DNA of 64,000 bases. Origin: Diplonema japonicum (taxonomy: Eukaryota; Protista; Euglenozoa: Diplonemea). Position 1 is the stretch's first letter, and each line of letters starts with the position of its first letter. This document shows positions 30,838 through 41,760 of this stretch, piece after piece. The stretch covers positions 372,001-436,000 of the forward strand of contig OZ025712.1 in NCBI GenBank assembly GCA_964019335.1, written 5' to 3'. The notes beneath the pieces were generated by a model. The model was given only the letters and a program-made list of their open reading frames with translations. It had not been told where the DNA came from and did not search any database. A program made the translations under genes and the position numbers.

Positions 30838-31170
30838 CTACGCGACAGCGTAGAGGGTGCGGCCTTGCTTCTTCAGGGCGAAGAGGATGTCAGCGGCACG
30901 CACGGTCTTCCTCCCTGTCAGCTCCAGGAGGGTCGCGGTGTCGGCCATCACCTTGTCCACGAAGGACCTCAAGATGGTCCTCGCCTCGTCGTAGGCACTC
31001 GCTGCGATCCTCTTGCACCCACCACGCCTGGCGATCCTCCTGATGCTCCCCTTCGTGATCCCACGGCTGCTGACCTTCGTGTTCCTCTTCCCGCCAGCGC
31101 CCTTCGTCACGTTCTTCGACTTCGACGTCACCGACTTGCCCTTCGCGGAGGTCTTCCCTTGGCCGGCCAT
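30838..31170 (-). CDS. Divergent histone H4
   Basis: GITKGSIRRIARRGGCKRI, RKTVRAADILFALKKQGRTLY. Confidence 0.93.
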   Translation of the reverse strand: MAGQGKTSAKGKSVTSKSKNVTKGAGGKRNTKVSSRGITKGSIRRIARRGGCKRIAASAYDEARTILRSFVDKVMADTATLLELTGRKTVRAADILFALKKQGRTLYAVA

Positions 31171-31429
31171 CTTTGTTAGTTCTCTTTGTTTTCTCTCTGG
31201 TAATTTTTATGGTCTAATAGTTATGCATTTTTTTTTTCTTCGGGAAACTCAAAACTCTTGCCGGTTTTATGAGCGGGGTTCTTTTTCCCCCACCCCACTC
31301 GTTGTGATCGAGAAGTGTTATTGTTATCCGGGGCAGTCAGAGGGTCATGGCACCGTGCAGGCTTAGAAATAGTTATAACAACACATTAAATCTCAAAACA
31401 CACCGGGGATCATAGGCATCCAACGAAGC

Positions 31430-31493
31430 ACTTCTAAGACAACAAACGACGTGGGGCCCACCTAAAGGAACAGCACGCCCTGCAAGCCGTCTG
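31430..31493 (-). ncRNA. Single-hairpin AGA-box (H/ACA-like) snoRNA; further copies at 31759-31822, 32136-32199, 32415-32478
   Basis: AGACGGC/GUUGUCU basal stem, internal pocket, GGCGUG/CACGUC upper stem, then uAGAnnn; four near-identical copies. Confidence 0.7.
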
Positions 31494-31611
31494 TTCTTTC
31501 ACACAATAAAAACGCTCTCGGGACAGTTGAACAGGGTCACAGCACCATGCAGGCTGTGCCCATGCCTGATGAACCTTTTCTTTTTGCTATGGAGAGAAAA
31601 GTGCTCGGTTT

Positions 31612-31699
31612 TCAGTGTTTATTTAATCCAACTGTAATCTGTTGTATTCTCAGCGGGCCGAAGCTCTCAGACATTAAACCACAGATGATGTGTCATCAC
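31612..31699 (-). ncRNA. Box C/D snoRNA; further copies at 31989-32076, 32296-32383, 32766-32853
   Basis: Conservation starts at (G)UGAUGA and ends at CUGA; internal D' CUGA and a cUUCGg tetraloop; 88 nt. Confidence 0.85.
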
Positions 31700-32673
31700 T
31701 TTTACAGCAACACAAGAGCGAAAGTGTATTTTGGTTCCAATTATTTGTCATGATGGGTGCTTCTAAGACAACAAACGACGTGGGGCCCACCTAGAGGAAC
31801 AGCACGCCCTGCAAGCCGTCTGTTCTTTCACACAGAAAAAAACGCTCTCGGGACAGGGTAGTAGGGGGCAGAGTTTTGACCATTTGGACTGGGCTGCCTC
31901 GGGACAGTTGAACAGGTCGTGCCCATGCCTGATGGACCCTTCAAAAATTTGAGGTGACCCATTTTGGTTCTCTTTATTTTTATTGGTATCAGTGTTTATT
32001 TAATCCAACTGTAATCTGTTGTATTCTCAGCGGGCCGAAGCTCTCAGACATTAAACCACAGATGATGTGTCATCACTTTTATAGCGACACGAGAGCGAAA
32101 GTGCATTTTGGTTCCAATTATTTGTCATGATGGGTGCTTCTAAGACAACAAACGACGTGGGGCCCACCTAAAGGAACAGCACGCCCTGCAAGCCGTCTGT
32201 TCTTTCACACAGAAAAAACGCTCTCAGGACAGTTGAACAGGCAGGTCTATGGTCCTCATGAGAAGACACCCCAGAGTCACGGCGAATTGTTTGTTTCAGT
32301 GTTTATTTAATCCAACTGTAATCTGCTGTATTCTCAGCGGGCCGAAGCTCTCAGACATTAAACCACAGATGATGTGTCATCACTTTACATTCCTGTCAAT
32401 GCATCCAACAAAACACTTCTAAGACAACAAACGACGTGGGGCCCACCTAAAGGAACAGCACGCCCTGCAAGCCGTCTGTAGTTACAGGGGCAGAGTTTTG
32501 GTTTTGACCATTTGGACTGGGCTGCCTCGGGACAGTTGAACAGGTCGTGCCCATGCCTGATGGACCTTTCGAAGATTTGAGGGGGGGTTCCTACTTCGAT
32601 CATTTGGACATTTGGACCGGGCCAGTTGAGCAGGCTGTGTCCATGCTAAATGCCAAAGGCCTTTCAAGAGGGT

Positions 32674-32710
<37 letters not shown>

Positions 32711-33020
32711 CACCCGCACCTTTTGAACAGGAAAAAAAAAAAAAAAAAAAGAACTACTATTTGTTTCAGTGTTTATTTAATCCAACTGTAATCTGTTGTA
32801 TTCTCAGCGGGCCGAAGCTCTCAGACATTAAACCACAGATGATGTGTCATCAGGTACAATAAACGGGCAGCGAGGCGGAGAACAAAACAAAAAAGCAAAA
32901 AAAAGAATAGTACAGTATGGAACACAATAAGGTGGGGGGGGGGGTATCGAAAAAGAGAGGGCAAGATAAAACGAGAGGGGATTGCAGCATTTTTTTTTCT
33001 CTCCTTAATGGAATCTGAAC

Positions 33021-33449
33021 TTATTTCCCTTGCTGCTCGCCACGGATGCGCCTGGCGATGTTGAGATCGAGGTGGTTGAGCGTTTGCTTCTTCCTGTGGA
33101 TCTGCATCATGACTGCCGCCTGGAAGAGCCCTACCATGTAGCTCTCTGTAGCTTCCTGAACCGCTTCTAGAGCCGATGGCTTGAAGGACAGGCCTGTTTT
33201 GTAATTGTTCATAGTCTCTCTCACCAGCCTCTGGAAAGGCGCCTTTTGCAGCAGCAGCTTCGAAGTCTTTTGCAGCTTGAAAATCTCGCGCAGCGCAACG
33301 GTCCCAGGCCTCCACCTCCTCTTCGCCTCACTGTCGTTCTTCTTGGACTTCTTCTCCTTCTTATCCTTTGCTTTCTTACTCTTCCTCGTTATCTCTCCTT
33401 TAGGGGGCCGCCCCCCCGATGACTTCAAACCAGCTGAAGATCGTGGCAT
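33021..33449 (-). CDS. Divergent histone H3 variant
   Basis: RRWRPGTVALREI, KAPFQRLVRE, ALEAVQEATE, ARRIRGE; non-canonical N-tail. Confidence 0.92.
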   Translation of the reverse strand: MPRSSAGLKSSGGRPPKGEITRKSKKAKDKKEKKSKKNDSEAKRRWRPGTVALREIFKLQKTSKLLLQKAPFQRLVRETMNNYKTGLSFKPSALEAVQEATESYMVGLFQAAVMMQIHRKKQTLNHLDLNIARRIRGEQQGK

Positions 33450-33972
33450 TTAAATATATGTGTGTGTTGTGTGTTGCAAGCAATATGACTGCAGAGGAGT
33501 GGGTTATTTGAGACGCAGAAAAGAGAAGCAGGAAAAAAAAAAGAAAAAAAGAAAAAAGAAGGGGAAACGTTCGAAGGGGGGGGGGGGGGTTCCTCGTCCT
33601 TTATTATTATTATTATTTTATTCAGAGGATCTTCTGGATGAGGAAAGGAAGAGGAGAAGGAGAAACGAAGGGGGGGGTGGGGGTGGGGGGAATAACACTT
33701 GAAAATAACCACACGTTGACACGTAGATGGAACGCAGCAGAAGAGGGTGCTTGCGACCGTTTGGGGGGTTCAGGTAAAAAAAAATTTTTTTTTCCCTCCA
33801 GAACTGCCGTAAATAAAAAATGGAAGGGAGAACCAAAAAAAATACTGGATTGCCTATTTCCTGTCACACAAAAAGAAAAGGAGAAAACAAATGGATTTCC
33901 CCATTTTTATGCAACCTGTGCAAATGGCATAAAGTCAGGATTTTTCTTTATTTTCACAAAAGAAACAGCAGC

Positions 33973-35607
33973 TCACTTTGTGCAGGTCTTCTTGACCACG
34001 GCGAGCATCCTGTCGAAGGCGGGGGTGCCAAGACCAGTGGAGGCATCCCAGCCCTTGATGGCGGACCACCCGGCCTTGGAGTTCTCGCCGATGGCGTTGG
34101 TACCTTTCACGACGTCAGTGAACATGGAAGGGTTCTGGTAGAAGAGGGGGTTCAGGAAACCGAGGGTCTTACCGCTCTGCGCAAGGCACACCTCGTTCAA
34201 GAGGGTCATGAGAGCAGCGAAGGAAGGGGAGGAACAAGAGGTACCACCGACGGCGATAGCGATCCCGTGGTCAATGACTGTGAAGGACTCACCAAGAGCC
34301 GACACATCGGGGGACCCACGGCCCGTCGCGAACTGTGCGTTCGGCTTCGTGACCGTTGCAAGGTAGCCGCTCACGTCGGCCGCCTGGTAAGTGGGGACAG
34401 AGGTGAAGTCGTACGAAAAGCCACCGCCCGAACCGAACTGAGTGGTGGCCTCCTCTTCTCCAGAGCTCCCCGACACGAAGAAGGTTGCCCCGACAGCAGT
34501 GCAGGTCGGGATGGATGCAGGGAAGGACGGCGACAGCTTCCCCCCGTTGCTTCCCTGACGTGTTTCCCCACCACTGCCGTCATCACCAGAGGAGATCATC
34601 ACGCTGATCCCCATCGTCCCCATCTTCTGAACGTCCTGCGCGAAACGCTGCACCAACGCCGACGAGCACATCCCGATCTTCTGCGACCCGTAGCTGATGC
34701 TGATGACCGACGGGTGCACAGCAGACCCTGTCACGTTTGCCCCGAACACCGTCAGGTCCGAGCAGAAGTCGATGTTGGGGTACGAGTACACCCATGTCGT
34801 TGCCGTCTCGCTCAGGGACATGATGTACTCTGTGTCCAGCATCGACTCCACTCCAGGCTTCTGCTTGTTCTCGCCGATAAACTTCGAGATCACGCAGTCC
34901 GCACCCCCGTCGTACTTCTTGCAGAAGTCCGCCAAGTCCTTGGAGTCCACATACTGCCCCTGGAACTGTGCAATTGCCTGGATGTTCGTGTGCCCGGACT
35001 TTGCCACCTGCGACACGTTGTATGTGTCCCTGAAGAACTTCGGCGTCACCACCCCAGCACCTTCCCCAAGGGAAATCTTACGGGGCTCAAGAGGGAACCC
35101 GTGGAATCCGGTGAAGGTGTCCACTGCGCTCGCCACCTCGGCAGGTACCATCACCCCACTCGTGAGCCTGTAGATCTTGGACCCGGACGCAGCGTGCTCG
35201 AAGGTTTCGAAGTCGCCGTTTGCCATCTTGCTCAGTGTCGCCAGGGAAGCCACACCCGTGATGTAGTCGCCGTGGGGGTGCTCGAACTGCACTGCAACTC
35301 CGTGCTCCGCAAGCCACTCCTTCACCACCTTCGAGTCGCTTGCCGCGGGGCGTACCAACTCTCCCATTTCCTCGTAGGACGGGTACTCCAGATACTTTGC
35401 CTCACGCGGGTCAGACACGTCCCTGCTCAGCGCCTCCAGGGCCTTTACATTCTGCCTCTTCACTCCTACGTTCACTCGAAACATCGCTCCGGACGCGGGT
35501 TCCTCATTCGTCTTCCTCCACCCAGCAGGTATCGTCGATGGCTCATGCAGCGCAACCAGATTGGCTGCAGCACTTGCCACAATGGCAGACAGCAGGGCAG
35601 CACGCAT
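33973..35607 (-). CDS. Secreted S53 peptidase (sedolisin/tripeptidyl-peptidase I-like)
   Basis: Signal peptide, prodomain, ESMLD, SISYG, SSGDDG, GGTSCSSP, GWDASTGLGTP. Confidence 0.93.
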   Translation of the reverse strand: MRAALLSAIVASAAANLVALHEPSTIPAGWRKTNEEPASGAMFRVNVGVKRQNVKALEALSRDVSDPREAKYLEYPSYEEMGELVRPAASDSKVVKEWLAEHGVAVQFEHPHGDYITGVASLATLSKMANGDFETFEHAASGSKIYRLTSGVMVPAEVASAVDTFTGFHGFPLEPRKISLGEGAGVVTPKFFRDTYNVSQVAKSGHTNIQAIAQFQGQYVDSKDLADFCKKYDGGADCVISKFIGENKQKPGVESMLDTEYIMSLSETATTWVYSYPNIDFCSDLTVFGANVTGSAVHPSVISISYGSQKIGMCSSALVQRFAQDVQKMGTMGISVMISSGDDGSGGETRQGSNGGKLSPSFPASIPTCTAVGATFFVSGSSGEEEATTQFGSGGGFSYDFTSVPTYQAADVSGYLATVTKPNAQFATGRGSPDVSALGESFTVIDHGIAIAVGGTSCSSPSFAALMTLLNEVCLAQSGKTLGFLNPLFYQNPSMFTDVVKGTNAIGENSKAGWSAIKGWDASTGLGTPAFDRMLAVVKKTCTK

Positions 35608-35924
35608 ATTCTTGTCTTGTCTTCTATTTGGAAGTAAACACCGTCAAACTGGCAAACTGCTGTGCTAGAAAAAGAAAAGAAAATGAAAAGAAAAGGGAAT
35701 TAATCAAATTCTGAAAAAAAAGAAAATAAGGGAGGAGGTTAAGTGAAATAAACTAAAACCAATAAAATAAAAAACCACGGCTACATTGCGCAGAGGGCCG
35801 TATTTGAAGCTAAGTGAGCTAGCTACTTGATGTTCGCGCATCGAGAGTAGAGAGGAATGAAGACGAGAAGCACTTTCTAAAAGAAAGCTGGAAAGGAGGG
35901 GCAAATTGATGTACTTGCAGGATC

Positions 35925-37991
35925 TTAATCAACCTCCTCGACCTGGGGCCCGGCCCCGGCACCTGCACCAGCACCAGCACCGGGCATGCCACCCGGCATA
36001 CCGCCCATACCCTCGGGCATGCCACCAGCACCACCCTGCTGCTCGTACATCTTCTTCACGATGGGGGAGCAGATACCCTCAAGCTCCTTCATCCTGCTCT
36101 CGTACTCCTCCTTCGAGGCCTGTGGTTTTGTGTTGTGTTGTGTTGTGTTGTGTTGTGTTGTGTTATGTCTCATACCTCCTGGGAGTTGTCGAGCCACTTG
36201 ATGGCCTCCTCGCAGGCGTCGTTGACCTTCTTCTTCTCGTCCTCACCCATGAGGGCACCAGTCTTCTCGTCGTTGATGGTGTTCTTCATGGAGTAGGCGT
36301 AGTTCTCAAGACCGTTCTTCGCCTCGATGCGCTCCTTTGCCAGCTTGTCCGACTCGGCGTACTTCTCGGCGTCCTTGCACATGGCGTCGATCTCAGCCTG
36401 CGACAACCTGCCCTTGTCGTTGGTGATGGTCACCTGCGACTTCTTCCCGGTGGTCTTGTCCTCAGCAGACACGTTCATGATACCGTTGGCGTCCACGTCG
36501 AAGGTCACCTCGATCTGGGGCACACCACGGGGAGCAGGGGGGATCCCAGACAGGTCGAAGGTTCCGAGCTGGTGGCAGTCCTTGGTCATCGCCCTCTCAC
36601 CCTCGAACACCTGTGTTTTGTCATTATTTTCTTCTTCTTCTTCTTCTTCTTCTCTTTCTTCATACCTGGATGTGCACACCGGGCTGGTTGTCGCTGTAGG
36701 TGGAGAAGACCTGGCTCTTCTTGGTGGGGATGGTGGTGTTCCTCTTGATGAGGGAGGTCATCACACCACCAGCGGTCTCGATACCGCAGGTCAGGGGGGT
36801 CACGTCAAGGAGAAGGATCTGCTCGGTCTGCTTGGACTGTCCACCAGTCAGGACGAAGGCCTGGACGGCGGCCCCGAAGGCGACGGCCTCGTCGGGGTTG
36901 ATCGACTTGTTCAGCTCCTTTCCACCGAAGAAGTCGCTCACCATGCCCTGGATCTTGGGGATACGGGTGGACCCACCGACAAGCACAACCTCGTGGATGG
37001 ACCTCTTGTCCATCTTGGCGTCACCGAGCACCTGCTCAACGGGGCGCAGGCACGAACGGAAGAGGTCCGCGCACAGCTCCTCGAACCTGGCCCTGGTGAT
37101 GGAGGTGTAGAAGTCAATACCCTCGAAGAGGGAGTCGATCTCAATGCTGGTCTGGGCGGCCGAGGAGAGAGCCCTCTTGGCCCTCTCGCAAGCAGTCCTC
37201 AACCTCCTGAGGGCCCTCTGGTTCACGGTAAGGTCCTTCTTGTTCTTCCTCTTGAACTCCTCAACGAAGTGGTTCACCATCCTGTTGTCGAAGTCCTCTC
37301 CACCCAAGTGGGTGTCACCAGCGGTCGCCTTCACCTCGAAGATCCCACCGTCGATGGTGAGGAGGGTCACATCGAAGGTACCACCACCAAGGTCGAAGAT
37401 GAGGATGTTCTGCTCCGCCTCGTCCGCCTTGTCAAGACCGTAGGCGATGGCAGCCGCCGTGGGCTCGTTGATGATACGGAGAACCTCCATCCCGGAGATG
37501 GTACCGGCGTCCTTGGTGGCCTGACGCTGCGAGTCGTTGAAGTAGGCGGGGACAGTCACGACGGACTTCTTGATCTCCTTTCCGAGGAAGGCCTCAGCGG
37601 TCTCCTTCATCTTGACGAGGATCATGGCGGAGATCTCCTCAGGCATGAACTGCTTCTCCTCACCCATGTACTGCACCTGGATCAGGGGCTTCCCGTCAGC
37701 CTTGGCCACCACCTTGAAGGGCCAGTGCTTCATGTCGCTCTGCACCGACGAGTCCTGGAGCTTCCTCCCGATCAACCTCTTCGCGTCGAACACGGTGTTC
37801 GTGGGGTTCATCGCCACCTGGTTCTTCGCGGCGTCACCGATCAGACGCTCGCTGTCAGTGAAGGCCACGTACGAGGGGGTGGTCCTGTTCCCCTGGTCGT
37901 TCGCGATGATCTCCACACGCTCATTCTGCCACACACCCACGCACGAGTAGGTCGTTCCCAAATCGATACCGATGGCTCCGTCGTAAGACAT
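35925..37991 (-). CDS. HSP70: Cytosolic HSP70, copy 1 (3 exons, 651 aa)
   Basis: GIDLGTTYS..., GGMP repeats, EEVD; introns 36611-36665 and 36120-36175. Confidence 0.98.
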
Positions 37992-39158
37992 GATAAAAAG
38001 TAGGTTTTTTTTTTGATGAAACTAAGAAAGCAAATGAATAGCTGTGTGGGTGTGATTAATAGTTAGGTATGCTTCTAAATAGGGCAACCCCAACCCCGTC
38101 ATGTTTTGCGTGAGAATTAGGAATTTCGCCAGATCAAAGGTCACAGAAAAAAAAAAATACCGGAAATCGAGGGAAATATCGATAAAAATGGGGTCAAAAA
38201 ATACGATGCCTCCTTGTACTCCTATAGCACACAAGCTCGTCTGTAAGAATTCGATAAAGTTTCAGTGCACAGGACTATATCGCATTCTATTGACCTCTGG
38301 TGTTCTCTTCTCGTGCTCGTGCACCCTTACGTGGAGTGTCCACTGTGCTCTGTCATCTCTGTCGTCCCCACACAAAAAGAAACCAGTCCAGCCCCTTAAG
38401 CATCAGCAGAAAATCGGAATCACAATAAATACGATAACCATGAAGGAAAGGGGGGGTATTAACTAAAAGAGAAAAAAAAAAGGAGGTAAGGGTGGGTGAT
38501 TAAACTATAACCTATACGAGAGGAGAATAAATAAATAAGTAAATAAGGCTTTCTTCTTCTGTTCTTTTTGATTTTTTTTTCTTAAATTCTTAATTTTTTT
38601 TTAAAAAAAAACACAGCATAAAATATAGGATGGAAGAAAAAAGGGGGGGAAAGAGTATCGTGGGGCTAAAAAAAAAAAAAGAAACCACTAGCATTTTTTT
38701 TTCTTCCTGAAAAAAAAAAATATTCTAAAAGAGAAAAAAAAAAGTTGCAGACACAACCAACACTTTTTTTTTTTCTTCTTTGATTCCTTTTTCTTCTTCT
38801 TCTATTTATTTTTTGTCTTTTCTCTCTTTCTCTTTCTTTTCGGTTTTTTTTTTTTTTTTTTTTCTCTTTTTTTTCTTCTAATTTTTTTTCCTTCTACATA
38901 TTTCTTGTTGTCCTTGATGTAGGTATTTTTTTCTTCGTTTTTTTTTTTTTTTTCAAATCTCATTCCCTTTAGTCATTACAGCAGGAACGATGACAGCTGA
39001 AAAAAAAACAATAAAATAATATAAGAAATAATTTTTAAAAAAAAAAGGAATGGAAGTTAAAAACAAGGATACATCTCAGATTGAAGACAGGAAACACTTT
39101 CTAAAGAGGAGAGGGAAATAGAAACAAAGCACTATTCCTCTCTATCCCTTATGTCGTC

Positions 39159-41225
39159 TTAGTCAACCTCCTCGACCTGGGGCCCGGCCCCGGCACCTGC
39201 ACCAGCACCAGCACCGGGCATGCCACCCGGCATACCGCCCATACCCTCAGGCATGCCACCAGCACCACCCTGCTGCTCGTACATCTTCTTCACGATGGGG
39301 GAGCAGATACCCTCAAGCTCCTTCATCCTGCTCTCGTACTCCTCCTTCGAGGCCTGTGGTGTTGTGTTGTGTTGTGTTGTGTTGTGTTGTGTTGTGTTAT
39401 GTCTCATACCTCCTGGGAGTTGTCGAGCCACTTGATGGCCTCCTCGCAGGCGTCGTTGACCTTCTTCTTCTCGTCCTCACCCATGAGGGCACCAGTCTTC
39501 TCGTCGTTGATGGTGTTCTTCATGGAGTAGGCGTAGTTCTCAAGACCGTTCTTCGCCTCGATGCGCTCCTTTGCCAGCTTGTCCGACTCGGCGTACTTCT
39601 CGGCGTCCTTGCACATGGCGTCGATCTCAGCCTGCGACAACCTGCCCTTGTCGTTGGTGATGGTCACCTGCGACTTCTTCCCGGTGGTCTTGTCCTCAGC
39701 AGACACGTTCATGATACCGTTGGCGTCCACGTCGAAGGTCACCTCGATCTGGGGCACACCACGGGGAGCAGGGGGGATCCCAGACAGGTCGAAGGTTCCG
39801 AGCTGGTGGCAGTCCTTGGTCATCGCCCTCTCACCCTCGAACACCTGTGTTTTGTCATTATTTTTTTCTTCTTCTTCTTCTTCTTCTCTTTCTTCATACC
39901 TGGATGTGCACACCGGGCTGGTTGTCGCTGTAGGTGGAGAAGACCTGGCTCTTCTTGGTGGGGATGGTGGTGTTCCTCTTGATGAGGGAGGTCATCACAC
40001 CACCAGCGGTCTCGATACCGCAGGTCAGGGGGGTCACGTCAAGGAGAAGGATCTGCTCGGTCTGCTTGGACTGTCCACCAGTCAGGACGAAGGCCTGGAC
40101 GGCGGCCCCGAAGGCGACGGCCTCGTCGGGGTTGATCGACTTGTTCAGCTCCTTTCCACCGAAGAAGTCGCTCACCATGCCCTGGATCTTGGGGATACGG
40201 GTGGACCCACCGACAAGCACAACCTCGTGGATGGACCTCTTGTCCATCTTGGCGTCACCGAGCACCTGCTCAACGGGGCGCAGGCACGAACGGAAGAGGT
40301 CCGCGCACAGCTCCTCGAACCTGGCCCTGGTGATGGAGGTGTAGAAGTCAATACCCTCGAAGAGGGAGTCGATCTCAATGCTGGTCTGGGCGGCCGAGGA
40401 GAGAGCCCTCTTGGCCCTCTCGCAAGCAGTCCTCAACCTCCTGAGGGCCCTCTGGTTCACGGTAAGGTCCTTCTTGTTCTTCCTCTTGAACTCCTCAACG
40501 AAGTGGTTCACCATCCTGTTGTCGAAGTCCTCTCCACCCAAGTGGGTGTCACCAGCGGTCGCCTTCACCTCGAAGATCCCACCGTCGATGGTGAGGAGGG
40601 TCACATCGAAGGTACCACCACCAAGGTCGAAGATGAGGATGTTCTGCTCCGCCTCGTCCGCCTTGTCAAGACCGTAGGCGATGGCAGCCGCCGTGGGCTC
40701 GTTGATGATACGGAGAACCTCCATCCCGGAGATGGTACCGGCGTCCTTGGTGGCCTGACGCTGCGAGTCGTTGAAGTAGGCGGGGACAGTCACGACGGAC
40801 TTCTTGATCTCCTTTCCGAGGAAGGCCTCAGCGGTCTCCTTCATCTTGACGAGGATCATGGCGGAGATCTCCTCAGGCATGAACTGCTTCTCCTCACCCA
40901 TGTACTGCACCTGGATCAGGGGCTTCCCGTCAGCCTTGGCCACCACCTTGAAGGGCCAGTGCTTCATGTCGCTCTGCACCGACGAGTCCTGGAGCTTCCT
41001 CCCGATCAACCTCTTCGCGTCGAACACGGTGTTCGTGGGGTTCATCGCCACCTGGTTCTTCGCGGCGTCACCGATCAGACGCTCGCTGTCAGTGAAGGCC
41101 ACGTACGAGGGGGTGGTCCTGTTCCCCTGGTCGTTCGCGATGATCTCCACACGCTCATTCTGCCACACACCCACGCACGAGTAGGTCGTTCCCAAATCGA
41201 TACCGATGGCTCCGTCGTAAGACAT
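39159..41225 (-). CDS. HSP70: Cytosolic HSP70, copy 2 (3 exons)
   Basis: Tandem near-identical copy (offset 3234); introns 39845-39899 and 39354-39409. Confidence 0.98.
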
Positions 41226-41760
41226 GATAAAAAGTAGGTTTTTTTTTTGATGAAACTAAGAAAGCAAATGAATAGCTGTGTGGGTGTGATGCTTAATGAA
41301 ACATGAATTGCCGGGCAGTAATAAAATAAACCAATCTTAAAAAAAGGGGGCGGTAAATAAATTACAAGAAAAGCCTCTAATTGTAAAGCTACACTGCGAA
41401 TAACTGCCTGCAAGGTGCTAGAGTCGAGATGGAAAAAGGAATGAGGGGGCAGGACATGGAACGAGACTTGTTGCTAAGAAGATTAGACCCGACATAAAAA
41501 AAAAATAACTGGACTTATTAACTGGATCGTCCATACAAGTTATTGCTCTAAGTAGCTGCTCCAAGAAATAACTGAAGACCCCCCCAAAAAAATATAAAAA
41601 AACAGAAGATAACCAACCCCATCTTCTTTTTTTTCTTTTTTTTTATAACTATTATTGCAAAATATGAAACACGACGTTGTGCTGCACCCGAAAAAAAAAA
41701 AAAAGAAAAAAGAAGAAAAAAAAAAGAAACCAAAAAAAAAAAAAAAAAAAAAAAAAACCC

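Noticed and set aside
33021-33449. CenH3/CENP-A assignment
   Set aside because: No loop-1 extension and canonical diagnostic residues mostly retained.
33820-35637. 605-aa plus-strand ORF over the S53 peptidase, and similar antisense ORFs elsewhere
   Set aside because: Shadow ORFs of GC3-rich genes; no motifs, and against the cluster direction.
36327-41237. 558-aa plus-strand ORFs antisense to both HSP70 genes
   Set aside because: Well-known antisense shadow of HSP70 codon bias, in register with the sense frame.
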